This document shows, in pieces, positions 20,682 through 29,997 of a DNA stretch of 64,000 bases. The position numbers and the translations under genes are program-made. Under the pieces are notes generated by a model, which saw nothing but the letters and a program-made list of their open reading frames with translations, was not told the origin of the DNA and made no database searches. The stretch is from assembly GCA_963776275.1 (NCBI GenBank), contig CAVZMI010000023.1:32001-96000 (forward strand). The letters run 5' to 3'. Origin of the DNA: Ignavibacteriota bacterium (lineage in GTDB: Bacteria; Bacteroidota; Ignavibacteria; UBA10030; CAVZMI01). The stretch's first letter is position 1. Each line of letters begins with the position of its first letter.

Positions 20682-20750
20682 TTGACTTTTAATAGGGAAA
20701 ACCTTATTTTTACTCAATGTACTGAGTAAAAATACTCAACATAGTGAGTA
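20682..20750 (+). promoter_or_regulatory. Sigma70-like promoter followed by two tandem palindromic operators TACTCA-N6-TGAGTA
   Basis: TTGACT(20682)-17 bp-TATTTT(20705). Palindromes at 20711-20728 and 20733-20750, just upstream of ATG 20761. Confidence 0.7.
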
Positions 20751-20760
20751 AATTAATGCC

Positions 20761-21948
20761 ATGACATATAAAAGGCCGCAATTTCATCGACTTCGTTCGA
20801 GATTGGAAGAGCGCAGAAAATTCATCCAGGTGCTCTCCGGACCACGGCAGTGTGGTAAAACGACGCTCGCACGGCAGGTCGCGGACTCTCTGAAAATACC
20901 GACGCATTTTGTCTCCGCCGATTCACCCGTCCCGTATAATTCATCATGGGTCGAGCAGCAATGGGAAACTGCTCGGTTCCTTGCGACGAAAGACAGTCGA
21001 AACGGTACGGTGCTAATACTCGATGAAATCCAAAAAGTAGCCGGCTGGTCGGAAGTTGTGAAGAAGTTATGGGATGAAGATACCGCAAATAAACGCAATG
21101 TGAAAGTGCTCATTCTCGGTTCCGCGCCGCTCCTCGTGCATCATGGACTCACAGAGAGCCTTTCCGGACGCTTCGAATTGATACAACTCTCCCATTGGAG
21201 TTATGCCGAGATGCGCGATGCTTTCGGTTGGAGCCTTGAACAATTTATTTTTTTTGGAGGATATCCCGGTTCTGCCGATCTCGTCGATGAACCGGAGCGA
21301 TGGTCTCACTATATCCAGGATTCGCTCATTGAAACAACCATATCACGCGATGTTCTCCTTATGACACGGATCGACAAACAGGCACTCCTCCGCCAATTAT
21401 TCAGGGTCGGTACGGCATATTCCGGCCAGATTGTATCATACCAGAAGTTGCTCGGACAGTTGCACGATGCAGGAAATACGACAACGCTTGCACATTACTT
21501 GCATATTCTGTCCGATGCCGGACTGTTAACCGGCCTTCAGAAATATTCCGGCTCCCAGATACGCCAACGATCTTCAAGCCCGAAATTCTTGGCCCTTAAC
21601 AATGCGCTCATTACTGCTCAATCGCAATATAGTTTTCAGGAGGCACAGCAAAAGAGAGATGTTTGGGGCAGACTTGTTGAATCCGCTGTCGGCGCTCATT
21701 TGTACAACAGCAGTATAGGGACAAATGTCAAAGTGATGTACTGGCGCGAGGGTTCACGCGAAGTCGATTTCATAGTCCAGAATGGAATGAATATTACAGC
21801 CATTGAAGTAAAAAGCGGAAGAGTAAACGATACCATCCCCGGAATGGAATCTTTTACCAGACAATACAAACCCAAAAGAAAATTGCTCATCGGTGATAGA
21901 GGAATTTCGGTGAAGGATATTTTACTTACATCCGCCGTCGAATGGTGA
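20761..21948 (+). CDS. AAA+ ATPase (AAA_14 + DUF4143 type) with C-terminal PD-(D/E)XK-like motif
   Basis: Walker A GPRQCGKT, Walker B ILDEIQK, ESLSGR, GGYP, and C-terminal REVDFIV...IEVKSG. Confidence 0.85.
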   Translation: MTYKRPQFHRLRSRLEERRKFIQVLSGPRQCGKTTLARQVADSLKIPTHFVSADSPVPYNSSWVEQQWETARFLATKDSRNGTVLILDEIQKVAGWSEVVKKLWDEDTANKRNVKVLILGSAPLLVHHGLTESLSGRFELIQLSHWSYAEMRDAFGWSLEQFIFFGGYPGSADLVDEPERWSHYIQDSLIETTISRDVLLMTRIDKQALLRQLFRVGTAYSGQIVSYQKLLGQLHDAGNTTTLAHYLHILSDAGLLTGLQKYSGSQIRQRSSSPKFLALNNALITAQSQYSFQEAQQKRDVWGRLVESAVGAHLYNSSIGTNVKVMYWREGSREVDFIVQNGMNITAIEVKSGRVNDTIPGMESFTRQYKPKRKLLIGDRGISVKDILLTSAVEW

Positions 21949-22134
21949 AAAAAAAGAAAATATTTAGGGTCGGGGTCTAGGTCGGGAATTTTTTTAGAGA
22001 TGGTTGTACGTAAGCAGCCATACAGATATTATATAAATCTTTTGTCTTCGCTCTGTCAATACAGTCGTTCTTTTTGGAAATAATCAACGATGTGCGTCGG
22101 ATTCCTGCAACCGAATTTCATCACAGAAGACATC

Positions 22135-24705
22135 ATGATTTTATTGAAAGAAGCTTTACGGGTAATAATTAAAGAAGGAATCGGCAGTTTTCACAGGAAG
22201 TCGGTCCGCTACGGGAATTTGAAATTCCATGGAATACTCTTTAAGCTTAAAATGCTTGCGAGAAAACGAAAAGCCGTGATATTCCCGTATGACGCAATGA
22301 TGATGCCCGAAGTTAACAAGGGAAAAAATGTAGCTTTTACTATCGGAACAAAAAGTCATCTGCATCGTTCATTGACACTCCGGGACTCGTTCCTGAAGCA
22401 TAATCCCGATTGGAAATTTATAATCTTTATATCAGACATGCTGCAGAGCAACGATGAAATGATATATTGCAAAAACCTGATCGAGAAAGGTGTTGACATA
22501 ATTTTTGTTCACGCACTTAAAAACAGGATACGTATCGACACACTGGAAGAGATGTTTTTTAAATATACCGTATTTGAGATGAGTACGTCCTTAAAACCAT
22601 TCCTGCTGGAATATTTTTTGCAGCAGGGTTGCGAAAAGGTAATATATTTCGATTCCGATATCTACTGCCTCAATTCCATCGAGCAGGTTACGGCTCTTTT
22701 AGACAATTACGATATTATCCTGACACCTCATATACTGAAGCCGTATGACGATGACAAGAATCCGGACGAGATACAAATTCTCCTTTCGGGTTCATTTAAT
22801 CTCGGGTTCATAGCCGTAAGGAATTCCGGCGAGACACTGCAATTCTGCCGTTGGTGGCAGCAACGTCTTTTTGAGCGTTGTTTTATGGATGTGCATAATG
22901 GAATCCATGCCGATCAAAAATGGATCGATCTGATTCCCTCATTTTTCAATAATTATTATATCTTAAAAAATCCGGGATATAATGTCGCTTATTGGAACCT
23001 TCATGAGAGAAAAATCCGGCAGGAAAGAGGAACCTGGTACGTCAATGATGAAAAATTGGTTTTATTTCATTTTAGCGGATTAGATATCAACGATCTGTTT
23101 GCGATTTCGATACATCAAAATCGGTATACGCTTTATGATGTGCCGTCGTTGTATCCGCTGTTTGAGGAATACAGGGAGGAGATTTTCAAACACGGTTATG
23201 ATATTGATAGGAATTGGAAATACTATTTCGACTATTTACCGACGACGACGATACGAATTCCGGATTCTGTCCGGCGCTTATTCTATAAAGATGTATTACG
23301 GGAAACGAAAAATCCGTATACCCCGGATGCTGAAATTCTAAATAAAACGATCAATTCACTGACACGTGAGGTCGAAAGCGGGAGCGGGATTAATCGGATC
23401 GCCTATTCTCTCTGGAACGCGAGGAGTGATCTCCGCCAGACCTATCCGAATCTCAGCGATAGAAATGAGCAACAACGTTTCAGAGATTGGTATCTCGGCT
23501 CGGCGAATCGCGAAAATCAAATCGATAAAATATTTATTCAGGAGGACCCGGATGTAAAAGAAATTGCACCACCTGATAATGTAACGCCGGGGATCAACAT
23601 CATAGGATATTTCCCCTACGATTTTGGGAATGCCATAACAACGCGAATATTCGTCAAGAAGGTGTATGAAACCGGGATACCATTCACACTATTTCCATTG
23701 CAGACGGGTGAACATGCGTTGATAAATCCGGAAGAACAGGCTGAATTTAAGATGTATTATGCACAACAACCGCTCTTCAAAAAAAATATTTTTTTTGTGA
23801 ATGCGGATATCATAGGGTCTATCAGGAGAAATTATCCGGCGTTATTCAAGGGAAGGCAGAACTCGGCCGTGTGGTGGTGGGAGTTTGAGAATGTCTTTCC
23901 ATTTTCCGATTCCTTTCAGTATATCGACGAGGTGATCGTTTTTTCAGATTTTGTGCATTCTGTGATCGCCAAATACGCGCCTCCGCATGTGAGCGTGAAT
24001 AAGATGCGATATCCTTTTATTCAGGACTGGAAGATAGTGACATCACCGCATAGTGTGCGAGAGGCGTTGGGGTTTTCCGACGATAATTTTATTTTTATTT
24101 TTAATTTTGATTTCTTGAGTTCGTATGAGCGCAAAAACCCGGAAGCAGTCGTACGTGCGTTCGCTCAGGCATGCCGGGAACGGAAGGAAGCTCGCCTGAT
24201 AATCAAAACGTCGCACGGGTATGCGTTTCCGGAAAGATATGCACAATTAAAAAAATGCATAGCCAATTCCACAATATCTAATCAGATTGTTCTGATTGAA
24301 GATATATTCCCCCGGAACGAGTTTATGAATTTGATGAACGCGGTTGACTGTTATGTTTCACTGCATCGCTCCGAGGGTTTCGGACTCGGCATGTTCGAGG
24401 CGATGGTGATGGGGAAGCCTGTGATCGCGACGGCCTATGGCGGGAATTGCGAATTTATGCACGACACTCATTCGCTGCTTGTAGATTATGAATTGACCAC
24501 ATCGAAGGATACACTTATTAATGTTTATCAAAAGGGATGGGTGTGGGCCGAGCCGAAGATTTCACCTGCCGTTGAGTATATGCACGAGCTGTGCGTTAAT
24601 CCCTCACGGGCACGGGAGATTGGAAAACGCGGGAAGGCGTTTGTGGATACGTTCCGCAACAGCGCAGCATTTTCAGCCGATTTCTATGATTATTTAGGAC
24701 GATGA
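22135..24705 (+). CDS. Two-domain glycosyltransferase (GT-A/GT8-like N-terminus plus GT4 C-terminus)
   Basis: YFDSDIY, LTPH, FNLGF, DQKWIDL and YNVAYWNL motifs, followed by ERKNP and SLHRSEGFGLGMFEAM. Start is either 22090 or 22135. Confidence 0.8.
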   Translation: MILLKEALRVIIKEGIGSFHRKSVRYGNLKFHGILFKLKMLARKRKAVIFPYDAMMMPEVNKGKNVAFTIGTKSHLHRSLTLRDSFLKHNPDWKFIIFISDMLQSNDEMIYCKNLIEKGVDIIFVHALKNRIRIDTLEEMFFKYTVFEMSTSLKPFLLEYFLQQGCEKVIYFDSDIYCLNSIEQVTALLDNYDIILTPHILKPYDDDKNPDEIQILLSGSFNLGFIAVRNSGETLQFCRWWQQRLFERCFMDVHNGIHADQKWIDLIPSFFNNYYILKNPGYNVAYWNLHERKIRQERGTWYVNDEKLVLFHFSGLDINDLFAISIHQNRYTLYDVPSLYPLFEEYREEIFKHGYDIDRNWKYYFDYLPTTTIRIPDSVRRLFYKDVLRETKNPYTPDAEILNKTINSLTREVESGSGINRIAYSLWNARSDLRQTYPNLSDRNEQQRFRDWYLGSANRENQIDKIFIQEDPDVKEIAPPDNVTPGINIIGYFPYDFGNAITTRIFVKKVYETGIPFTLFPLQTGEHALINPEEQAEFKMYYAQQPLFKKNIFFVNADIIGSIRRNYPALFKGRQNSAVWWWEFENVFPFSDSFQYIDEVIVFSDFVHSVIAKYAPPHVSVNKMRYPFIQDWKIVTSPHSVREALGFSDDNFIFIFNFDFLSSYERKNPEAVVRAFAQACRERKEARLIIKTSHGYAFPERYAQLKKCIANSTISNQIVLIEDIFPRNEFMNLMNAVDCYVSLHRSEGFGLGMFEAMVMGKPVIATAYGGNCEFMHDTHSLLVDYELTTSKDTLINVYQKGWVWAEPKISPAVEYMHELCVNPSRAREIGKRGKAFVDTFRNSAAFSADFYDYLGR

Positions 24706-24888
24706 ACCGGTGCAATTTCAATGAAGGATTTTTAAAATTGAAAAATTATCCGAATATCGAATTGATATGGGCAAATCAGCATGAATTGTTGATTTTTTAA
24801 GCAGACGATATTGGGTGTCATATAATCGAGAGATTGTTATTTCTATTAATTCACATTCGAGATCATATTATCATCTTTCAGAATATCT

Positions 24889-26190
24889 ATGAAATCCGAA
24901 CTCCTCTCTAAAATCGAAAACAAACAGGCTGTTGTTGGCGTTGTCGGACTTGGCTACGTCGGATTGCCGCTCCTGCTCTGCTTCGTCGAAAAAGGCTTCC
25001 ATACCATCGGCCTCGATATCGATTGCCGAAAAACCGAAGCGCTGATGAAGGGCGATTCATATATCAAACACATTCCCGCATGGAGAATTCACAATGCGGT
25101 GAAGTCAGGTTTATTTCAAGCGACGACAGATTTTTCTGCGGCATCATCGTGTGACGCGATTCTCATTGCCGTACCGACGCCGTTGAACAAAAACCGCGAA
25201 CCGGATATGACGTATATAACCTCGACATGCGAATCGCTTGTTCCATATATCCATCGGAATCAGGTAATCGTCCTCGAATCCACAACATATCCCGGAACCA
25301 CGGTCGAGGTTATGATCCCCATCCTTGAAAAAAGCGGATTGAAAGTCGATAAGGATTTCTATGTATCATTTTCTCCAGAGCGGGAAGACCCTAACCGATC
25401 AGATTACTCCACGGAGACGATTCCGAAAGTGGTCGGTTCGACATCGGCTGATGGCCTGGAGATGACCGACTTATTATATCGACAGATCGTTGTTCGAACG
25501 GTCATCGTCTCTTCAACGCAAATTGCGGAAGCCACTAAGCTTATGGAAAATATTTTCAGATCGGTGAATATTGCCCTCGTGAATGAGCTGAAAATGATAT
25601 TCATGAAAATGGGAATAGATATATGGGAGGTAATTGAAGCAGCTAAGACGAAGCCCTTCGGTTTCATGCCCTTCTATCCCGGCCCCGGTTGGGGCGGACA
25701 CTGTATTCCGATCGATCCGTTTTATTTAACCTGGAAAGCTCGAGAATGTGGTGTCCCGACAAAGTTTATCGAACTTGCCGGTGAGATAAACACGGCGATG
25801 CCGGATTTCGTTGTAAGAAGAGTTATGGAAGTTCTAAATCTTTATGGGAAAACCCTAAAAAATTCGCATATTCTCATTCTTGGACTCGCATATAAACCGA
25901 ATGTCGACGATGCTCGTGAATCTCCATCGTTTCACCTGATGTCGAAACTGGAGGAATTGGGGTGCAGAGTAAGTTACAACGATCCGTATATTCCTGTGAT
26001 CGGACCGACACGCGCATTTCCACACTATGAAGGAAAGACGTTGAGAGAAATCAGCAATGATTTTGATCTTATTCTTATATCGACGGCACACGATTTTTAT
26101 GAAACTATCGATTTTGATAAAATGTTAATCCCCGTTGTCGATACAAGAAATATCGTGAAGAGCAAAGGTAAAAATATTTTCCGGGCATAA
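24889..26190 (+). CDS. wbpA: UDP-N-acetylhexosamine 6-dehydrogenase (WbpA/WecC family)
   Basis: GLGYVGLP, ESTTYPGT, SPEREDP, catalytic GGHCIPIDP and YKPNVDDARESP motifs. Confidence 0.8.
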   Translation: MKSELLSKIENKQAVVGVVGLGYVGLPLLLCFVEKGFHTIGLDIDCRKTEALMKGDSYIKHIPAWRIHNAVKSGLFQATTDFSAASSCDAILIAVPTPLNKNREPDMTYITSTCESLVPYIHRNQVIVLESTTYPGTTVEVMIPILEKSGLKVDKDFYVSFSPEREDPNRSDYSTETIPKVVGSTSADGLEMTDLLYRQIVVRTVIVSSTQIAEATKLMENIFRSVNIALVNELKMIFMKMGIDIWEVIEAAKTKPFGFMPFYPGPGWGGHCIPIDPFYLTWKARECGVPTKFIELAGEINTAMPDFVVRRVMEVLNLYGKTLKNSHILILGLAYKPNVDDARESPSFHLMSKLEELGCRVSYNDPYIPVIGPTRAFPHYEGKTLREISNDFDLILISTAHDFYETIDFDKMLIPVVDTRNIVKSKGKNIFRA

Positions 26191-26200
26191 AAATAGATGT

Positions 26201-26458
26201 AGAGGCGTTGGGGTTTTCCGACGATAATTTTATTCTTAATTTTGATTTCTTGAGTTTGTATGAGAGCAAGAACCCGGAAGCAGTTACACATGCGTTCGCT
26301 CAGGCATGCCGAGAACGGAAGGAAACTCGACTGATAATTAAGACGTTGCAAGGGTATACCTTTATGGATATGTTCCGCGGCAGCGCGGCATTTTCAAATG
26401 ATTTCTACAACTATGTAAGACGATGAGCCGGTGCAATCTCGATGAAGAATTTTCAAAT
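26201..26458 (+). pseudogene. Internally deleted duplicate of the 3' part of the 22135-24705 GT gene and its downstream flank
   Basis: Matches ~24060-24228 and then jumps to ~24637-24740, including the stop codon and 3' flank. Confidence 0.85.
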
Positions 26459-26528
26459 AAGAGATACGGGATATAATCCGGTGCAGGCAATATTATGACG
26501 AAATAATAATCAAGGATGGGTTTGATTT

Positions 26529-27461
26529 ATGAAGAAAGGAAGAGTTTCAATAGCTTTAACGACATATAATGGATCGACATATCTCCCGCAGTTGTTGGAT
26601 TCAATTTTTAGCCAGACATATGACGACCTTGAGGTCGTCGCCAGCGATGATTGCTCGACGGACGATACGGTAGCAATTCTGAAAGAATATCAGAGGAAAT
26701 GCAATCTTTCATATTCAATCAACCCGAGTCGGTATGGATTTCTTAGAAACTTTGACCGGGCAATATCGTCATGTAATGGGGAATACATCGCACTTGCCGA
26801 CCAGGATGATATCTGGCATCCCCGGAAACTCGAGATCTTGGTAACCCGGATCGGGAATTCATCGTTGATATGCTCGGATTGTTCCATAATTGATAAAGAC
26901 GGGAATCCTATTGCCCCATCATTTCAAAAAGCACTTCAGATCCCTATCCCCTCAAGCGAGTTTCAATATTATGGTTTAGCATTTCTTAATTTCGTCATGG
27001 GATGTACCACACTGTTCCGGAAGGAATTAAAAGAACATGCTCTTCCCATCCCGGACGAAGCCCTTTCACACGATTGGTGGCTTGGAATGTGCGCATGCCG
27101 ATTACGAGGTGTGTTATATCTTCCGGAGCCCCTTGTCTCTTACCGCCAGCATGATACAAACACTGGAGGCGGAAGAAAATTGTGGAGCCTGCAGGGAATC
27201 GTGAAATATATATTTTCACAGGGACGGCGAGAAATTTTTCATCGCGAGCAGCAAAGAATTAAGTATTACATCGATCATCACATCTATGACGACATAGATC
27301 AGGAGAACTATCTCCAGGATCTATTGAGCCATTATCGTTCTATCGTGAATACGCCGGTTCATATTAAGGCTTTCCGAATACTCTTTAAATACAGGAAAAT
27401 ACTTTTGTCGAATATCACTCCCCTTGCACGGTGGAAATATCTTCTTGGAAGACTTGTATAG
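26529..27461 (+). CDS. GT2 glycosyltransferase (rhamnosyltransferase-like)
   Basis: TTYNGSTYL, DDCSTD, ALADQDDIW, HDWW and YRQH motifs. Confidence 0.85.
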   Translation: MKKGRVSIALTTYNGSTYLPQLLDSIFSQTYDDLEVVASDDCSTDDTVAILKEYQRKCNLSYSINPSRYGFLRNFDRAISSCNGEYIALADQDDIWHPRKLEILVTRIGNSSLICSDCSIIDKDGNPIAPSFQKALQIPIPSSEFQYYGLAFLNFVMGCTTLFRKELKEHALPIPDEALSHDWWLGMCACRLRGVLYLPEPLVSYRQHDTNTGGGRKLWSLQGIVKYIFSQGRREIFHREQQRIKYYIDHHIYDDIDQENYLQDLLSHYRSIVNTPVHIKAFRILFKYRKILLSNITPLARWKYLLGRLV

Positions 27462-27684
27462 TTGCAGGATCCTGTGGCAGTATTTGTTGAGGGCGTTTTT
27501 CGGGTGTCACTAAATTGCAGTGTGTTTTCTATATAGCGGATTTTTATAGTGCACGTTTTACAACATTTCTAGGTTTCACTAAATTTTAAAATCAGGGCGA
27601 TCTTATTAAACAAGAAATAGCTTTTTCTTTAGTCCCGTAGAATAATTTACCCACACATCAAAAAAAATGTGATTGGAAATTATA

Positions 27685-28707
27685 ATGAAAAATTTTGCTA
27701 TAACAGGCGTAGCCGGATATATTGCCCCGCGTCATCTTCAGGCTATACGGGACACAGGAAACCGGCTCGTTGCTGCTCTTGATCCGCATGATTCGGTCGG
27801 GATTCTTGATCGATATTTTCCGGATGTCGATTTTTTTACGGATTTTGAACGATTCGACCGCCATCTGGATAAACTGCGGCGCGGCCCGGAAAAAGAGCGG
27901 ATTCACTATCTCAGCATTTGTTCTCCAAACTATCTACATGATGCCCAAATTCGCCTCGCATTGAGAACTGGAGCGGATGCTGTGTGTGAAAAACCTATCG
28001 TTCTCAATCCCTGGAACCTTGATGCCCTCCGGGAGTTGGAAAGGGAAACAGGTCGGTCCGTGAAGACGATCCTTCAGCTGCGAATCCATCCATCATTGCT
28101 TGAGTTGAAATCGCGGTTTGAAAAGGAATCGCGGGATCGAAAACATGAAGTAATACTCACCTATATTACATCACGCGGTCCTTGGTATCTGTATTCATGG
28201 AAGAATTCGGTAGAACGGTCGGGTGGACTGGCGACAAACATTGGAATTCATATTTTCGATCTTCTCCTCTGGTTCTTTGGGAGCGTGCAGCGAATTGAAA
28301 TACATTATTCAGACTCCCGATGTGTCGGCGGTTTTTTCGAATTACAGAAAGCGAACGTGCGGTGGTTCCTTTCTATTAAAAAGGAAGATCTTCCGGAGGG
28401 AGAACTCAAACAAGGTAAATCCATATTCCGGTTCATCAAAATCGATGGGAAGGAAATCGAGTTCAGCGAAGGATTCGCCGATCTGCATACCAGGGTATAT
28501 GAGGAAATTCTTGCTGGAAGAGGATCAGGGATCGAGGATGCAAGACCGTCCGTAGAATTGGCATATCAGGTGCGGAATGCGCGTATTACGCCACCGGCGG
28601 ATATAGTGCATCCGATGGTCGAGAGAATAGGTCGAGGTCAATCCTTCGACTCGTCCCGATATAGAACATCGGGACTCGCTCAGGACAAGGGTCGAGATCG
28701 CGTGTAA
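27685..28707 (+). CDS. wbpB: Gfo/Idh/MocA oxidoreductase, UDP-GlcNAcA 3-dehydrogenase (WbpB/WlbA-like); last ~25 codons derive from a repeat element
   Basis: MKNFAITGVAGYIAPRH, ICSPNYLHDA, CEKP, SGGLATNIGIHIFD and EFSEGFADLH motifs. Confidence 0.85.
   Translation: MKNFAITGVAGYIAPRHLQAIRDTGNRLVAALDPHDSVGILDRYFPDVDFFTDFERFDRHLDKLRRGPEKERIHYLSICSPNYLHDAQIRLALRTGADAVCEKPIVLNPWNLDALRELERETGRSVKTILQLRIHPSLLELKSRFEKESRDRKHEVILTYITSRGPWYLYSWKNSVERSGGLATNIGIHIFDLLLWFFGSVQRIEIHYSDSRCVGGFFELQKANVRWFLSIKKEDLPEGELKQGKSIFRFIKIDGKEIEFSEGFADLHTRVYEEILAGRGSGIEDARPSVELAYQVRNARITPPADIVHPMVERIGRGQSFDSSRYRTSGLAQDKGRDRV
28630..28702 (+). repeat. Hexamer arm (GAGGTC-type) carrying a TCCT-TCGAC..GCTC-AGGA unit with an inner GTCCCGAT/ATCGGGAC palindrome
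   Basis: Nearly identical composites at 45690-45762 and 63023-63190. Confidence 0.85.
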
Positions 28708-28768
28708 AAAAGTTCTGAATGTAAGACAGAAAATCGTCTTGAATATGTGAAAATAGCAGGCTATTTTG

Positions 28769-29524
28769 ATGAAAGCAATCATGAAAATGTCGACAACATC
28801 ACCTCTTCTGGTTCTCATTCCGGCTTACAATGAAGAGGATCGTATCGGGGGCGTTATTGCGGGAATTAAAAAATTCGTCCCGTCAGCAGATATAATTGTC
28901 GTTGATGATGGATCGAACGATAGGACTGCGATTGTTGGTCGGCATGCAGGTGCGATGGTTATCAGTCATCCGTTTAATCTGGGTGTCGGCAGTGCGCTGC
29001 AAACGGGATATAAATATGCCGAGCAGAAGGGATTCCAAACACTTGTCCAACTCGACGGGGACGGGCAGCACGATCCTGCTCATATCCGGTTTCTTCTTTC
29101 GACTCTCGAATCGACACAGGCAGATCTGGTGATCGGCTCACGGTTTCTTTCCGATAATTTCCGCACCATGTCGATTCCACGGAGAATCGGAGTATGGTTA
29201 TTTGCCTGGCTGTTATCGGTTCTTATCAGGGAACGCATTACCGATCCCACGTCGGGTTTTCGTGCGATGACGCAGCGCGTTCTAAAATTTTGCACGCAGG
29301 ATATCTATGGATTCGATTATCCCGATGCAAATTTTCTTCTCACGCTCCATCGTTCCGGATTCAAGCTCGCCGAGGTTCCGATTGAAGTGAAGCCGCGCAT
29401 AGGCGGGACATCGCAACATCGTGGATTAAAACCGGTCTATTATTTTGTGAAGATGTTTCTATCGATTTTTGTTATCCTGCTTCGGAAAAAATCGATCAAG
29501 GAAAATCAAATAAAAAATAATTAG
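28769..29524 (+). CDS. GT2 DPM1-like polyprenol-phosphate glycosyltransferase
   Basis: LIPAYNEE, VDDGSND, QLDGDGQHDP and DPTSGFRA motifs. Confidence 0.85.
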   Translation: MKAIMKMSTTSPLLVLIPAYNEEDRIGGVIAGIKKFVPSADIIVVDDGSNDRTAIVGRHAGAMVISHPFNLGVGSALQTGYKYAEQKGFQTLVQLDGDGQHDPAHIRFLLSTLESTQADLVIGSRFLSDNFRTMSIPRRIGVWLFAWLLSVLIRERITDPTSGFRAMTQRVLKFCTQDIYGFDYPDANFLLTLHRSGFKLAEVPIEVKPRIGGTSQHRGLKPVYYFVKMFLSIFVILLRKKSIKENQIKNN

Positions 29525-29628
29525 TCCGCCGCTATAAGTTCTACGGTCTACCGACCTCTACGAGCCGCAGGCCGTAGGGATCGTAGATCGTAGACCCTAC
29601 GGGCCGTAGGCCCACGGGGCGGCATGGA
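29524..29628. repeat. Compound palindromic intergenic element (CTACG...CGTAG hairpins)
   Basis: CTACGGTCTACCGACCTCTACG is roughly complementary to CGTAGGGATCGTAGATCGTAG. A second hairpin CCTACGGGCCGTAGG follows. Confidence 0.6.
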
Positions 29629-29646
29629 TTGGCAAAGGAGGCATTT

Positions 29647-29997
29647 ATGTCCACTCGTTTGCAGGTATGGGTGATAATCATTAGTATCATTATCCTTGTA
29701 GGGATTGTCGATCTGGTACGAAGACGAAAATTACGAGAAGAATACTCATTTCTCTGGTTGGTATTGGGATTTGGTTTGCTGGTGTTGGCAATCTTCCCAA
29801 AAATTCTGAGCACTATTTCGCGTGCTGTCGGAATATCAATGCCGGTGAATACTTTGTTTTTCATCGGTTTATTGTTCATTTTTCTAATCTGTCTGTACTT
29901 CTCTTTACGGATTTCGAGTTTGACAAATCAGGTAAAAAATCTGACACAAGAGGTCGCCCTCCTGGAAGCCCGGCTTCAAAATAAGGTTGAACAATGA
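29647..29997 (+). CDS. DUF2304-like small membrane protein
   Basis: Three TM segments, LVRRRKLREEYSFLW and LTQEVALL motifs. AAGGAGG RBS before ATG 29647. This family usually follows DPM1-like GT2 genes. Confidence 0.8.
   Translation: MSTRLQVWVIIISIIILVGIVDLVRRRKLREEYSFLWLVLGFGLLVLAIFPKILSTISRAVGISMPVNTLFFIGLLFIFLICLYFSLRISSLTNQVKNLTQEVALLEARLQNKVEQ

Noticed and set aside
20313-20717. Short ORFs over repeat regions (also 29541-29879, 33261-33707, 36248-36466, 56675-57045, 62946-63329)
   Set aside because: They are translations of hairpin/heptamer repeats (PFD.., LSTLNLQ) or antisense shadows with no protein features.
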